Source of the DNA: an uncultured Gemmatimonadales bacterium
Lineage (GTDB): Bacteria; Gemmatimonadota; Gemmatimonadetes; Palauibacterales; Palauibacteraceae
Reading direction: 5' to 3'
DNA length: 64,000 nt
Assembly: GCA_963783385.1 (NCBI GenBank)
Contig: CAWANJ010000006.1
Span: forward strand, 128,001 to 192,000
The notes below the pieces were generated by a model that did not search any database, was not told the DNA's origin, and saw only the letters and a program-made list of their open reading frames with translations. Positions 54,864 to 64,000 of this stretch are shown in pieces; position 1 is the stretch's first letter; each line of letters opens with the position of its first letter. A program made the translations under genes and the position numbers.

Positions 54864-54913
54864 TTCGCGCTTCGTCCGCGACCCTCTACTTGTACAACTA
54901 GAGGGAGCGCGAA
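54864..54913. terminator. Hairpin between convergent genes
   Basis: CCCTCTA-c-TTGTACAA-c-TAGAGGG inner palindrome, outer GTTCGCGCT/AGCGCGAAC. Confidence 0.5.
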
Positions 54914-54977
54914 CAGGCTGCCGCGTCGGGGATGGGGTCGCGGTCGGCCAGCCGCCGGGGCCGGCTCCGGGGCCTGC

Positions 54978-55970
54978 TCAGTCGGTATCGAAGCCCAGGA
55001 GGCGGACCGCGTTCCCTCCGAGCACGGCCGCTTCCTCCTCCGCCCCGAGCCCCAGGGCGCGTATCGAGGAGAGCATGGCGTCGAGGCTGCCGATCATGTG
55101 CGGGTAGTCGCTTCCGGCCAGGAGGTGGTCCGTCCCGGCGAACTCGATCGCCAGCCGCAGGGCGGCCGGGTCGAAGTTCACCGTGTCGTAGTAGAACTCC
55201 CGCAGGACCTCGCTCGGAGGTCGGCGGAGTCGCTCCCGGCAGGCCCGGAACGCCTCGAAGCCACGGTCCAGCCGCTCCGCCACGTACGGGATCGTCCCAC
55301 CGAGGTGGCACAGGACCCAGCGGATCCCGGGGAAGCGGTCGGGGATGCCCTCGAACACGAGGTGGGCCGCGGCCAGGGTGGTGTCGGCCACGAACCCCAC
55401 CAGCGGCATCAGCATGTGAGCCTTCATGGCCTCGACGCCGCGCGGATAGGTGGGATGGATGTAGACGACCGAGCCCAGCCGGTCGGCGGTCTCCCACACG
55501 GGCAGGAAACGCTCATCGGCGAGCGGCACGCCCCGCACGTTGCTGAACACCATGACGCCCGGCAGGCCGAGCTCGGCGGTGCAGCGCTCCAACTCCGTGG
55601 CCGCCGCGGCCGGATCCCGCAGCGGCAGGTTCCCCAGCGCCGCGAACCGTCCGCCGCTCTCTCGGGCAGCCGCCGCGAGCTCGTCGTTCACCAGGCGTGC
55701 CAGGGACACGGCCCGCGCGGGAGGGGCGAAGGCGGTGCCCGGCGTGGTCAGGGTGAGGAGCTGAAGGTCCACGCCCTTCTCCTCCAGGACTCGGGCCCGC
55801 ACCGCGAGGTCGCGGTGTCCGGGGACGAGGACGTTGTAGTCACCGGGGTAGTGGAGGACCGGGTTCCCCGCCGCGTCCTCGGCCACGCGCACGTCGGCGC
55901 CCGGCGGGTCGGAGCGGAGCGCCTCGAGGAAGCCGGACGGATAGAAGTGGTTGTGGAAGTCGACGATCAT
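54978..55970 (-). CDS. Amidohydrolase_2 family (ACMSD-like decarboxylase/hydrolase)
   Basis: IVDFHNH, VYIHP, CHLGGTIPY, YYDT, GSDYPH. Confidence 0.9.
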   Translation of the reverse strand: MIVDFHNHFYPSGFLEALRSDPPGADVRVAEDAAGNPVLHYPGDYNVLVPGHRDLAVRARVLEEKGVDLQLLTLTTPGTAFAPPARAVSLARLVNDELAAAARESGGRFAALGNLPLRDPAAAATELERCTAELGLPGVMVFSNVRGVPLADERFLPVWETADRLGSVVYIHPTYPRGVEAMKAHMLMPLVGFVADTTLAAAHLVFEGIPDRFPGIRWVLCHLGGTIPYVAERLDRGFEAFRACRERLRRPPSEVLREFYYDTVNFDPAALRLAIEFAGTDHLLAGSDYPHMIGSLDAMLSSIRALGLGAEEEAAVLGGNAVRLLGFDTD

Positions 55971-55990
55971 GCCGCAACGTAGCGCGCCCC

Positions 55991-56018
55991 TTGACAGACA
56001 CGCCAGTTCTGTTATCAT
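55991..56018 (+). promoter_or_regulatory. Sigma70 promoter upstream of cold-shock gene
   Basis: TTGACA-N16-TATCAT with extended -10 TG. Confidence 0.7.
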
Positions 56019-56074
56019 TGATCCTGAGCGACGATCCACGGGCGCATGCCGGGCACGACCCGGACCAGAGTACG

Positions 56075-56110
56075 AAAGGACCTGGACGCTAATCGTCCCG
56101 GTCCTTTTTT
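56075..56110 (+). terminator. Intrinsic terminator-like hairpin inside csp leader
   Basis: AAAGGACC-t-GGACG-ctaat-CGTCC-c-GGTCC-TTTTTT. Confidence 0.7.
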
Positions 56111-56241
56111 CGTAGCTGCGCCGGACGTCGATCACGCCACGCGGAGGGGCGGAGTCCTTCGCACAGAACGATGATCCGCTGGTACGGCACGACCGGACCT
56201 CGACATCGTCAAACAGCACCATTCTTTATTGGAGGAACGGT

Positions 56242-56448
56242 ATGCGTACCACCGGGACCGTGAAGTGGTTCAACGACCAGAAGGGCTTCGGGTTCATCAC
56301 ACTGGACGGCGGCGAGAAGGATTGCTTCGTGCACTTCTCCGCCATTCAGGGCGATGGCTTCAAGTCGCTGGCCGAGGGCGAGCGCGTGGAGTTCGACGTT
56401 GTGCAGGGTCAGAAGGGCCCGGCGGCGGAGAACGTCACCAAGGTTTAA
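56242..56448 (+). CDS. Cold-shock protein, CspA family
   Basis: [15 protein letters not shown] (RNP1), CFVHFSAI (RNP2), [10 protein letters not shown]; GGAGGA RBS. Confidence 0.97.
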   Translation: MRTTGTVKWFNDQKGFGFITLDGGEKDCFVHFSAIQGDGFKSLAEGERVEFDVVQGQKGPAAENVTKV

Positions 56449-56502
56449 GCCCGAACGGTCCGATGGGCTCCGGCGCACGTCGCCGAGCCTGAAGGTCCAG
56501 CG

Positions 56503-56539
56503 GAAGGGGCCGGTCCGATACGTCGGGCCGGCCCCTTTC
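56503..56539. terminator. Bidirectional terminator hairpin
   Basis: AAGGGGCCGGTCCGA-tacg-TCGGGCCGGCCCCTTT between convergent genes. Confidence 0.75.
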
Positions 56540-56544
56540 GCATC

Positions 56545-58668
56545 CTACTTCGTCCACACCAGCAGGACGCCGCAGTCGGATTGCAGATCGCGGTACTGGA
56601 TCGGAGCCGTCTGTGCGCTCGGATAGGCCTCGATCCCTGCGACGGCCGTGGGGTCGAGGTTGAGGACGAAGTCGGCGGCCGTCTGGCCGGTCATCGGAAG
56701 ACCGTTCACGTAGACCCGCGTGGCGCACCGGCGCGGACCCTGTCCGATCGAGATGGTCTCACACCCCACCCCGAACCGGCCCCCGGAGTAGCAGGGCCGC
56801 ACCCTCACGCCGGGCAGGGCACGAAGAGCGCCGCGTACGCCCGCCTGCTCGATCTTGTGCGAGGTGACGTAGTAGCCGGAGCCCGTGGTCATGCGCTGGT
56901 AGAAGCCCTGCACCCCGAGCCGGCGGGCGGATCCACGGACCGCGACCTTGAGGCCCGGGAGCTGGCGAGGTCCTCCCGTCACCTCCAGGACCACGAAGCG
57001 CGTCCCGCCCGGTTGGAGGGCGACGACCATCGTGTCGGCCCGGCCGTCCGTGAGCTGGATCTCGAGGCGCGCCGAGTCCGTCGGGAGATTGGAGAACCTG
57101 AACCCGCCCCCCGCGGTCGTGAGGGTCTCGCGCGCCCTGCCGAGCACGCGGAGGCGCACGGACCCCAGCCCCTGGCCGGAGGCCGAGTCCCGCACGATGC
57201 CCATCAGGGTCGCCGCGCCGCTCACCGAGTCGTGGGTGGCGGCCGCGACGGGCTCGGGCGCGCGCGCCACCAGCTCCAGGCGCTCCTCCTCGCGGTCCCG
57301 CACGTGGACGACGGCCGTCGCCACATCCGCCTCGTCCGCACCGCCACGCACGACCACTTCGTAGTCACCCGGCGGCACGGGGCCGAGCCGAAATCCCCCG
57401 AACGCATCCGCCGTGTCCACGTACGAGGTCCGGCGCAGCCGCACGACCGCGCCCGGAAGGAGGTGGCCCGGCGCACCGGAGTAGGCCACGCCCGATACGT
57501 AGCCGGCCGGCCCCAGGAGCACCGTCCGCCCGCCCGGAAGCCCCGCACTCACGACCTCGCCACCCTCGACGTGATAGACCGTGAACTTCCAGGCCGTATC
57601 CTGGCGCAGTCTGCGCGTGCCCCAGGCCCCCGTGACCACGCTGCGGTCGACCGACTTCCGCCGCGCGGGGGACTGGACCGACCAGCTCGAGACCAGCCAG
57701 GCGCCGTTCGGGAGGCGGTCGAAGGCCAGGTGACCACCAGCCGAATCCGCTCCGGCTGGGAAAACGAGGCCCGTGTACGTGAAGTCCATCGTGCGGAGCG
57801 CCGCCGTGCCGCGGTCCACCCACAGCACGCCGCGAACGTCGGGGATCTTCCGACCCGGCACCGGGCGGAAGGCCAGGCCCACGAGGCCGACGGACTGGCG
57901 GCTCCGGTCGACGCCGAAGCAGTGGTCCGACGCGAAGGAGGGCGACAGCAGCACGTCCGCGTCGGGGGCCTGGAGGGTGTCACCGCGGAGGTAGCCCCTC
58001 GACGAGAGGGTGTCGGCCGGGAGCGTCGTGAACGCGCGGTGCGCCCGCACCACCGCGCTCACGGAGGACCGGGCCACGACCTTGCGGGTCTTCGGGTCGA
58101 GATCCCGCTCGTAGCGGCGCACGTCGAGAGCCAGCCTGCCCTTCTCGGACCAGGCCGTCACGCGGAGGGCTTTCCGCGCCTCGGACCACAGGTCGAGCAG
58201 GCCCTCGTCGGAGCCGGGCGAGCCGCGGCACTGGTCGCCGACCCGGACGCGGAGGTTCTCGAGGCTGACCGCCTGGATCGGCACGACGAAGGTCCGAGAG
58301 ACCGTCGCGCCCGCGGCGAGCTCGATCCGATCCGAGGTCCACGTCCGGTACCCGATGCGCTCGATCCGGACGCGGTAGGTGCCGGGCGCGGGCGCCGCGA
58401 GCGCGAAGGCCCCGTCCTTCCCCGAGAGGGCGGCGTCGGCCCGTCCGCCGGCGCTGTCGAGGAGGGTCAGGAAGGCGCCCGAGGCCGGCGATCCGCTTCC
58501 CTGCTCGAGCACGCGCCCCCGGAGCTGCTGCGCTTCCACGGGTCGCGGTCGCGCGCCGACGGCGGAGAGCGATATCAAGAGGACCGCCGCAAGGATCCCG
58601 AAGCGTCCGATTGGCCGGATCCCGGGTCGAGGTCGGTGCGGGCGATCGGTCCGGAACTCCCGTGTCAC
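56545..58668 (-). CDS. Secreted protein with repeated carboxypeptidase-regulatory-like domains and C-terminal TonB plug-like domain
   Basis: LRGRVLE...PGTYRVRIERIGY; two more similar units; VYVNG...AVAGIEAYP...CGVLLVWTK. Confidence 0.75.
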   Translation of the reverse strand: MTREFRTDRPHRPRPGIRPIGRFGILAAVLLISLSAVGARPRPVEAQQLRGRVLEQGSGSPASGAFLTLLDSAGGRADAALSGKDGAFALAAPAPGTYRVRIERIGYRTWTSDRIELAAGATVSRTFVVPIQAVSLENLRVRVGDQCRGSPGSDEGLLDLWSEARKALRVTAWSEKGRLALDVRRYERDLDPKTRKVVARSSVSAVVRAHRAFTTLPADTLSSRGYLRGDTLQAPDADVLLSPSFASDHCFGVDRSRQSVGLVGLAFRPVPGRKIPDVRGVLWVDRGTAALRTMDFTYTGLVFPAGADSAGGHLAFDRLPNGAWLVSSWSVQSPARRKSVDRSVVTGAWGTRRLRQDTAWKFTVYHVEGGEVVSAGLPGGRTVLLGPAGYVSGVAYSGAPGHLLPGAVVRLRRTSYVDTADAFGGFRLGPVPPGDYEVVVRGGADEADVATAVVHVRDREEERLELVARAPEPVAAATHDSVSGAATLMGIVRDSASGQGLGSVRLRVLGRARETLTTAGGGFRFSNLPTDSARLEIQLTDGRADTMVVALQPGGTRFVVLEVTGGPRQLPGLKVAVRGSARRLGVQGFYQRMTTGSGYYVTSHKIEQAGVRGALRALPGVRVRPCYSGGRFGVGCETISIGQGPRRCATRVYVNGLPMTGQTAADFVLNLDPTAVAGIEAYPSAQTAPIQYRDLQSDCGVLLVWTK

Positions 58669-58907
58669 GGGCAGACTGCGCCTCCCCGGGCTGCGAGTGG
58701 CGGAGACGTAAAATGCAAAACTAGAATATCGCCCGGCTGAGCCCCGGCCGGCAATGGCTGGCGCTTCGAGCTGTCCGCGCCCGATCCTCCGCCTGTCTCG
58801 CCGACCCTCGCCCGCCTACCTTTCCTCCGTAACCAGCGCGCCGCCCGGAGCCCAACGACCCGGCTCCGGGGCGGCCCTTCAGGTCCCACCTCATCCGAGA
58901 TGACGCC

Positions 58908-61172
58908 ATGCGCCCTGCACGTCCGAGTTTCCGGGCCCTCCCCGGCCTCCTCGTCGCGGCTCTCCTCGCCCTTCCCGCCGGCGCGGCCGCCCAGCAGCCG
59001 GCGGCGCGCCAGCAGCACAAGCAGGGCTTCGACAGCCTGCGCGAGGCCCTGTCCGCGGCCTCGGAGCTGAGAGGCTCCTCGGGACCGCGGGACGTGAACT
59101 GGATCGACGGTGGCAAGCGCTTCTCGTACACGACCGGCCGGGCCGGGGACGAGGAGATCCGGGCCTACGATCCGGCCACGGGCGAGGATACGCTCCTGTT
59201 CACGGCGAAGGGCCGGACGTTCCCGAGCACGGACTCGCCGTTCACCTACCGCTCCTTCCAGTGGGCCTCGGACTCGCGCCACCTGGTGTTCCAGACCCAC
59301 TTCCAGCCGCTGTACCGGCGCTCGGGCACGGCCGACTTCTACGTCTACTCCCTGGACGACGGATCCATGACCCTGGCGGCGCGCGGCGCGCGCACCGCCG
59401 AGCTCTCCCCCGACGGCTCCATGCTGGGCTACGAGCGGAGCGGCAACATGTACGTGTACGACATGAAGGCCGGGAAGGAGACGCAGCTCACCGACGACGG
59501 CACCGAGCACGTGTTCGACGGGCACTTCGACTGGGTGTACGAGGAGGAGTTCGGGATGGCCCAGGGGTGGAACTGGTCGCCCGACAGTCGTCACCTGGCC
59601 TACTGGCAGCTGGACGACAGCGCCGAGCCGGTCGTCCAGCTCACCGACTACCAGGGGCGCCATCCCGACTGGACACGCATCAAGATCCCCCAGCCCGGCG
59701 ACTCCAACGCCACGGTGAAGATCGGCGTGGTCGACGTGCACTCGGGCAAGAACGTGTGGCTCGACCCGGACCTCCGGGGGGAGTACTACATCCCGCGGGT
59801 CTACTGGACCAGCCGGCCGGACACGCTGGCCGTGGTGACGCTGGACCGCCCCCAGCAGACCATGAAGCTGTTCTTCTTCGACGTGACCACGGGCGGGAAG
59901 CGCCTGGTGCACACCTGGAAGTCGAACACCTGGATCGACGTGTACGACTTCTACGCGGGCATCCAGGACATGCTCACCTTCCCCAGGGGCATGGACCAGT
60001 TCTTCTGGATCTCCGACCAGAGCGGCTGGCAGCACGTCTACCGCTACGACTACTCCGGGAAGCTGGTGAACCAGGTGACGAAGGGGGACTGGACGGTCAC
60101 CCGGGTGGAGGGCATCGACCCGAAGAGCCGTACCGTCTACTACACGTCGACCCAGGTCTCCCCACTCCAACGCGAGATGTACGCGGTGGACTTCGACGGC
60201 TCGCACACGCGACGCCTCACCTCCACCGCGGGCACGCACCACGTCGACATGTCCCCGGACACGCGGTACTACATCGACCGCTGGTCCAGCCTGGAGACGC
60301 CCGCGCAGGTCGAGCTGTGGGCCACGGGCAAGAAGAAGCTCCGCACGATGGAGGACAACGCGAGCGTCCGGCAGTGGCTGGCGAGCCACGAGTACTCGAC
60401 GCCGCGACTGTTCCAGTTCACGACCTCGGACTCGGTGCGGCTCGACGCGTCGATGATCCTCCCGCCGGCGTTCGACTCGACCCGCCGGTACCCGGTCATT
60501 CTGGCCATCTACGGCGGGCCCGGCTCCCAGGAGGTGTACGACCGTTTCGACACCGACTCGTGGGCACAGTGGCTGGCCCAGCAGGGCTACATCGTCGTGG
60601 GGGTCAACAACCGCGGAACCAACAACTACGGCAGCCGGTTCATGAAGATCGTCTACCGGCAGCTGGGGAAGTGGGAGAGCCACGACTTCGCCGAGACGGC
60701 CCGCTACATGGCCCGCCAGCCCTACGTCGACGGAAGCCACATCGCGATCATGGGGACGAGCTACGGCGGCTACAGCACGGTCTACACGATGGAGATGTAC
60801 CCGAGCACCTTCTCCGTCGGGATCGCCAACTCGCCCGTGACGGACTTCAAGCTGTACGACACGATCTACACCGAGCGCTACATGGGCCTCCTGGGAGACA
60901 ACGAGGACGGCTATCGGCAGGGCTCCGCGGTGGATCACGCCGGCGACCTGCGGGGGCACCTTCTCCTCATCCACTCGATGATGGACGACAACGTCCACCC
61001 CCGGAACACGATGCAGCTCCTCACGGCGCTCACCAACGACGGGAAGGACGTGGACCTGAGGATCTACCCGCCGGGTCGCCACGGAGCCGCGTACAACGCG
61101 GCCAGCTACCTGCTGATGCGGAGCGTGGAGACCCGGTTCCTGGATCGCGAGCTGGGAGCCGACCGGCCGTGA
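58908..61172 (+). CDS. Dipeptidyl peptidase IV (S9B)
   Basis: DWVYEEE, YGGPGSQ, GTSYGG, YTERYMG, DDNVH, YPPGRH. Confidence 0.93.
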   Translation: MRPARPSFRALPGLLVAALLALPAGAAAQQPAARQQHKQGFDSLREALSAASELRGSSGPRDVNWIDGGKRFSYTTGRAGDEEIRAYDPATGEDTLLFTAKGRTFPSTDSPFTYRSFQWASDSRHLVFQTHFQPLYRRSGTADFYVYSLDDGSMTLAARGARTAELSPDGSMLGYERSGNMYVYDMKAGKETQLTDDGTEHVFDGHFDWVYEEEFGMAQGWNWSPDSRHLAYWQLDDSAEPVVQLTDYQGRHPDWTRIKIPQPGDSNATVKIGVVDVHSGKNVWLDPDLRGEYYIPRVYWTSRPDTLAVVTLDRPQQTMKLFFFDVTTGGKRLVHTWKSNTWIDVYDFYAGIQDMLTFPRGMDQFFWISDQSGWQHVYRYDYSGKLVNQVTKGDWTVTRVEGIDPKSRTVYYTSTQVSPLQREMYAVDFDGSHTRRLTSTAGTHHVDMSPDTRYYIDRWSSLETPAQVELWATGKKKLRTMEDNASVRQWLASHEYSTPRLFQFTTSDSVRLDASMILPPAFDSTRRYPVILAIYGGPGSQEVYDRFDTDSWAQWLAQQGYIVVGVNNRGTNNYGSRFMKIVYRQLGKWESHDFAETARYMARQPYVDGSHIAIMGTSYGGYSTVYTMEMYPSTFSVGIANSPVTDFKLYDTIYTERYMGLLGDNEDGYRQGSAVDHAGDLRGHLLLIHSMMDDNVHPRNTMQLLTALTNDGKDVDLRIYPPGRHGAAYNAASYLLMRSVETRFLDRELGADRP

Positions 61173-61236
61173 GGTTGAGCGGGCGGCGCGTGATGGAGGC
61201 GAAGGCCGGAGCGGCGACGGGCGCGGAGAGAACGGT

Positions 61237-63018
61237 GTGACGCACCGCCGCGCCACCTCCCCGGTCCTCGAGTGCCTCCCGTCCGCGGCGGGTGACGCTC
61301 TCGTCGAGCACATCCGGACCTCGATGATCGGGCGCGACGAGGCGGTCGTCGGCCCCTGGGGCCCGCGGCGCGTCACCTACGCGGACTACACCGCCTCCGG
61401 ACGGTCCCTCTCCTTCATCGAGGACTGGATCCGCGACGCGGTCCTGCCCCTGTACGCCAACACCCACACCGAGAGCTCCGGGACGGGCCTCCAGACCACG
61501 TGCTTCCGCGAGGAGGCGCGGGCCATCGTGCTCGAGTCGGTGGGAGGGGAGCCCGACGAGCACGCGGTCGTGTTCGCCGGCTCGGGCTCCACGGCCGCCA
61601 TCGACAAGCTGGTCGGCGTCCTCAACCTCCGGATCCCCAACGACCTGGACGAGCGCCACGGCCTCTCCGACCACATCCCGGTCGAAGAGCGTCCCGTGGT
61701 GTTCGTGGGTCCCTACGAGCACCACTCGAATGACCTCCCCTGGCGGGAGTCGATCGCCGACGTGGTCACCATCCACGAGGACCTGCACGGCGGCATCGAC
61801 CTCGATCACCTGGAGGAGGAGCTGGGCCGCTACGCCGACCGGCCACTCAAGATCGGCTCCTTCTCGGCCGCCTCCAACGTCACCGGCATCGTCTCCAACG
61901 TGTCGGCCGTATCGACCCTCCTCCACGAGCACGGGGCGCTCTCCTTCTGGGACTTCGCCGCCTCGGCCCCCTACGTGGAGATCGAGATGCGGCCCGGGCG
62001 CGGGGAGCGCCCCGAGCTGGACTACAAGGACGCCATCTTCCTCTCTCCTCACAAGCTCATCGGCGGGCCGGGCACCCCCGGTGTGCTCGTGGCGCGCCGC
62101 GCCCTGTTCACCAACCGCGTTCCGGTCGTCCCCGGGGGCGGCACGGTGTGGTACGTGAACCCGACCGTGCAGCGCTACCTGGAGGACCCCGAGCACCGCG
62201 AGGAGGGGGGGACGCCGGACATCATCGGCTCCATCCGCTGCGGCGTCGTGTTCAAGCTCAAGAAGGCGGTCGGCGAGGAGCGCATCCGGGAGCGGGAGGA
62301 GCGCTTCATCCGCCGGGCCATCGCCACGTGGTCCGAGAACGACCGGATCGAGATCCTCGGCAACCGGGAGGCCGAGCGGCTCAGCATCGTCTCCTTCGTG
62401 GTTCGCCACGGGGACGGGCGTTACCTGCATCACAACTACGTCGTCGCGCTCCTCAACGACCTGTTCGGGATCCAGGCGAGGGGCGGCTGCTCGTGCGCCG
62501 GCCCCTACGGCCATCGGCTCCTGGGCATCGACGTGGAGACGAGCCACGAGTTCGAGCGCGAGATCGGGAGGGGCTGCGAGGGGATCAAGCCCGGTTGGGT
62601 GCGAGTGAACTTCAACTACTTCATCTCCAATGCGGTGGCCGAGTACATCCTCGAGGCCGTGCATCTGGTCGCCCGGGAGGGCTGGAAGCTCCTGCCACTG
62701 TATGTGTTCGACCCGATGACGGGGCTATGGCACCACCGGGACGCGCCGGCCCAGCCGGCCATGAGCCTGCGGGACGTGCGGGTGGGCCCGTCGGGCCTCG
62801 AGTACGAGCGGGTGCGCCTCACCGAGCCGGAGACGCGCCTGGCCGACTACCTGGAGGCGGCGCGCCGGGCTTTCGCGGCGGCGGACGCGCGCCGGGCCGC
62901 CGGCGACGTCGCCGGGGCGCACGGCGTTTCCGGCCCTGCCGTCCCCCTGTCGGCCGACTTCGAGCACCTGCGCTGGTTCCCGCTGCCCGAGGAGATCGCG
63001 GCGGCCCCGGCGGGCTGA
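61237..63018 (+). CDS. Class V PLP aminotransferase / cysteine desulfurase-like
   Basis: YADYTASGR, YANTHT, EHHSN, SPHK, GGTP, RGGCSCAG. Confidence 0.9.
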   Translation: MTHRRATSPVLECLPSAAGDALVEHIRTSMIGRDEAVVGPWGPRRVTYADYTASGRSLSFIEDWIRDAVLPLYANTHTESSGTGLQTTCFREEARAIVLESVGGEPDEHAVVFAGSGSTAAIDKLVGVLNLRIPNDLDERHGLSDHIPVEERPVVFVGPYEHHSNDLPWRESIADVVTIHEDLHGGIDLDHLEEELGRYADRPLKIGSFSAASNVTGIVSNVSAVSTLLHEHGALSFWDFAASAPYVEIEMRPGRGERPELDYKDAIFLSPHKLIGGPGTPGVLVARRALFTNRVPVVPGGGTVWYVNPTVQRYLEDPEHREEGGTPDIIGSIRCGVVFKLKKAVGEERIREREERFIRRAIATWSENDRIEILGNREAERLSIVSFVVRHGDGRYLHHNYVVALLNDLFGIQARGGCSCAGPYGHRLLGIDVETSHEFEREIGRGCEGIKPGWVRVNFNYFISNAVAEYILEAVHLVAREGWKLLPLYVFDPMTGLWHHRDAPAQPAMSLRDVRVGPSGLEYERVRLTEPETRLADYLEAARRAFAAADARRAAGDVAGAHGVSGPAVPLSADFEHLRWFPLPEEIAAAPAG

Positions 63019-63177
63019 GCGGATCTTCTCCCACACTCCCGCACGGCCCTCTCCCGACAGACACCGCGGCGCTCCCCGGACAGGTTGAAGCATGGATGGG
63101 CCCGGGAAGGCGCCGGAGCGCGCCGCGTGGGCGCGCCTTCCACCCTCCGGCCACCCGGGCGAGCGCGGGAGGTCATC

Positions 63178-63690
63178 ATGCACGTCGATCGAATGCGGGT
63201 GCTTCGGGAAGGGTTCGTCGCGGGGCTCATCGGCGCCGCCATCGTGGCGGTGTTCTTCGGCGTCGTGAACGTCCTGGGCGGCCACTCGCCCTTCTACACG
63301 GTGGACCACCTGGGGCGCGCCCTGGTCGGGACGGCCCCGGCCGGTGGACCGGGATCGGCGGCGGGACCTGCCCTGGCTTACAACGGGCTCCACCTCCTGG
63401 TCTTCCTGCTGATCGGGTTCGCTCTCGCCTGGCTCACCGCGAAGACGGAGCAGCATCCCGCCTTCTGGTACCTGGCGTTCTTCGGCCTGGTGGCCGCGTT
63501 CATCTACGACTTCTTTTTCGTGATGATGCTGGCCGGCCGCGCCACGGGCGGGCTGCCGTGGACACAGGTGGCGATCGGTAGCCTCCTGGCCGCCGTGGGC
63601 ATGATCGCGTACCTGCTGCGCATGCACCCCGCCCTGCGGCGCGCCGCGGACGAGGGCGGCGATCCGGAGTCGAGCGTGCGCCGAACCTGA
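63178..63690 (+). CDS. Hypothetical membrane protein
   Basis: GGAGG RBS; about four hydrophobic segments. Confidence 0.7.
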   Translation: MHVDRMRVLREGFVAGLIGAAIVAVFFGVVNVLGGHSPFYTVDHLGRALVGTAPAGGPGSAAGPALAYNGLHLLVFLLIGFALAWLTAKTEQHPAFWYLAFFGLVAAFIYDFFFVMMLAGRATGGLPWTQVAIGSLLAAVGMIAYLLRMHPALRRAADEGGDPESSVRRT

Positions 63691-63800
63691 CGCCCCCACA
63701 GATTGCTCCCGCCCCGCCCGGTGAGCGGGCGGACGGGTCGGGGCCGGCCCCACACGAGTAGCGGCACGGCCCGGCTCATCCCCGAGGGAGGGAGCGGAGG

Positions 63801-64000
63801 ATTCAGGACATCGAACCGGCGGAGGGCGCGCTCCACGCGGAGTCCCCCCGCGGACGCCAGCTGGCCGGGCTGTCGCTGGCCGCGCTCGGTGTGGTGTACG
63901 GCGACATCGGGACCAGCCCGCTGTACGCCCTGCACGAATCCCTGGCCGAAGAGGCGCACCTGCACGCGGATCCCCGCAACGTGCTGGGGGTCCTGAGCCT
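63801..64000 (+). CDS. kup: KUP/HAK/KT potassium transporter (5' part, runs off window)
   Basis: [21 protein letters not shown]...NVLGVLS; start codon uncertain. Confidence 0.9.
   Translation, partial: MQDIEPAEGALHAESPRGRQLAGLSLAALGVVYGDIGTSPLYALHESLAEEAHLHADPRNVLGVLS

Overview
High-GC bacterial chromosomal window. Gene content (SARP/BTAD-TolB-TPR regulator, plug-only carboxypeptidase-regulatory protein, many secreted hydrolases) suggests Gemmatimonadota; this is inference. Many genes, including conserved housekeeping genes such as ligA, carry single-base frameshifts, most likely long-read assembly errors. Content: a tRNA-Gln/Ser/Ser/Ser cluster, polX and ligA, nadA, metal and K+ transporters (NiCoT, Nramp, Kup), a type IV minor-pilin operon and a tadE-tadE-tadG operon each preceded by a sigma54 motif, a SelW/Rdx selenoprotein missed by the ORF track (CxxU plus SECIS-like hairpin), and a long run of peptidases/hydrolases. 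The best candidate for an undescribed system is a low-GC insert at about 47.3-49.6 kb encoding two paralogous secreted Cys/Trp/Pro-rich peptides (one with an in-frame TGA across which homology continues) followed by a beta-propeller lipoprotein. Also notable: phased CTGAC repeats linking the SARP regulator to a dirigent/AOC-like lipoprotein gene, and a promoter-terminator leader upstream of the cold-shock gene. All calls come from motif recognition by eye; no searches were run.
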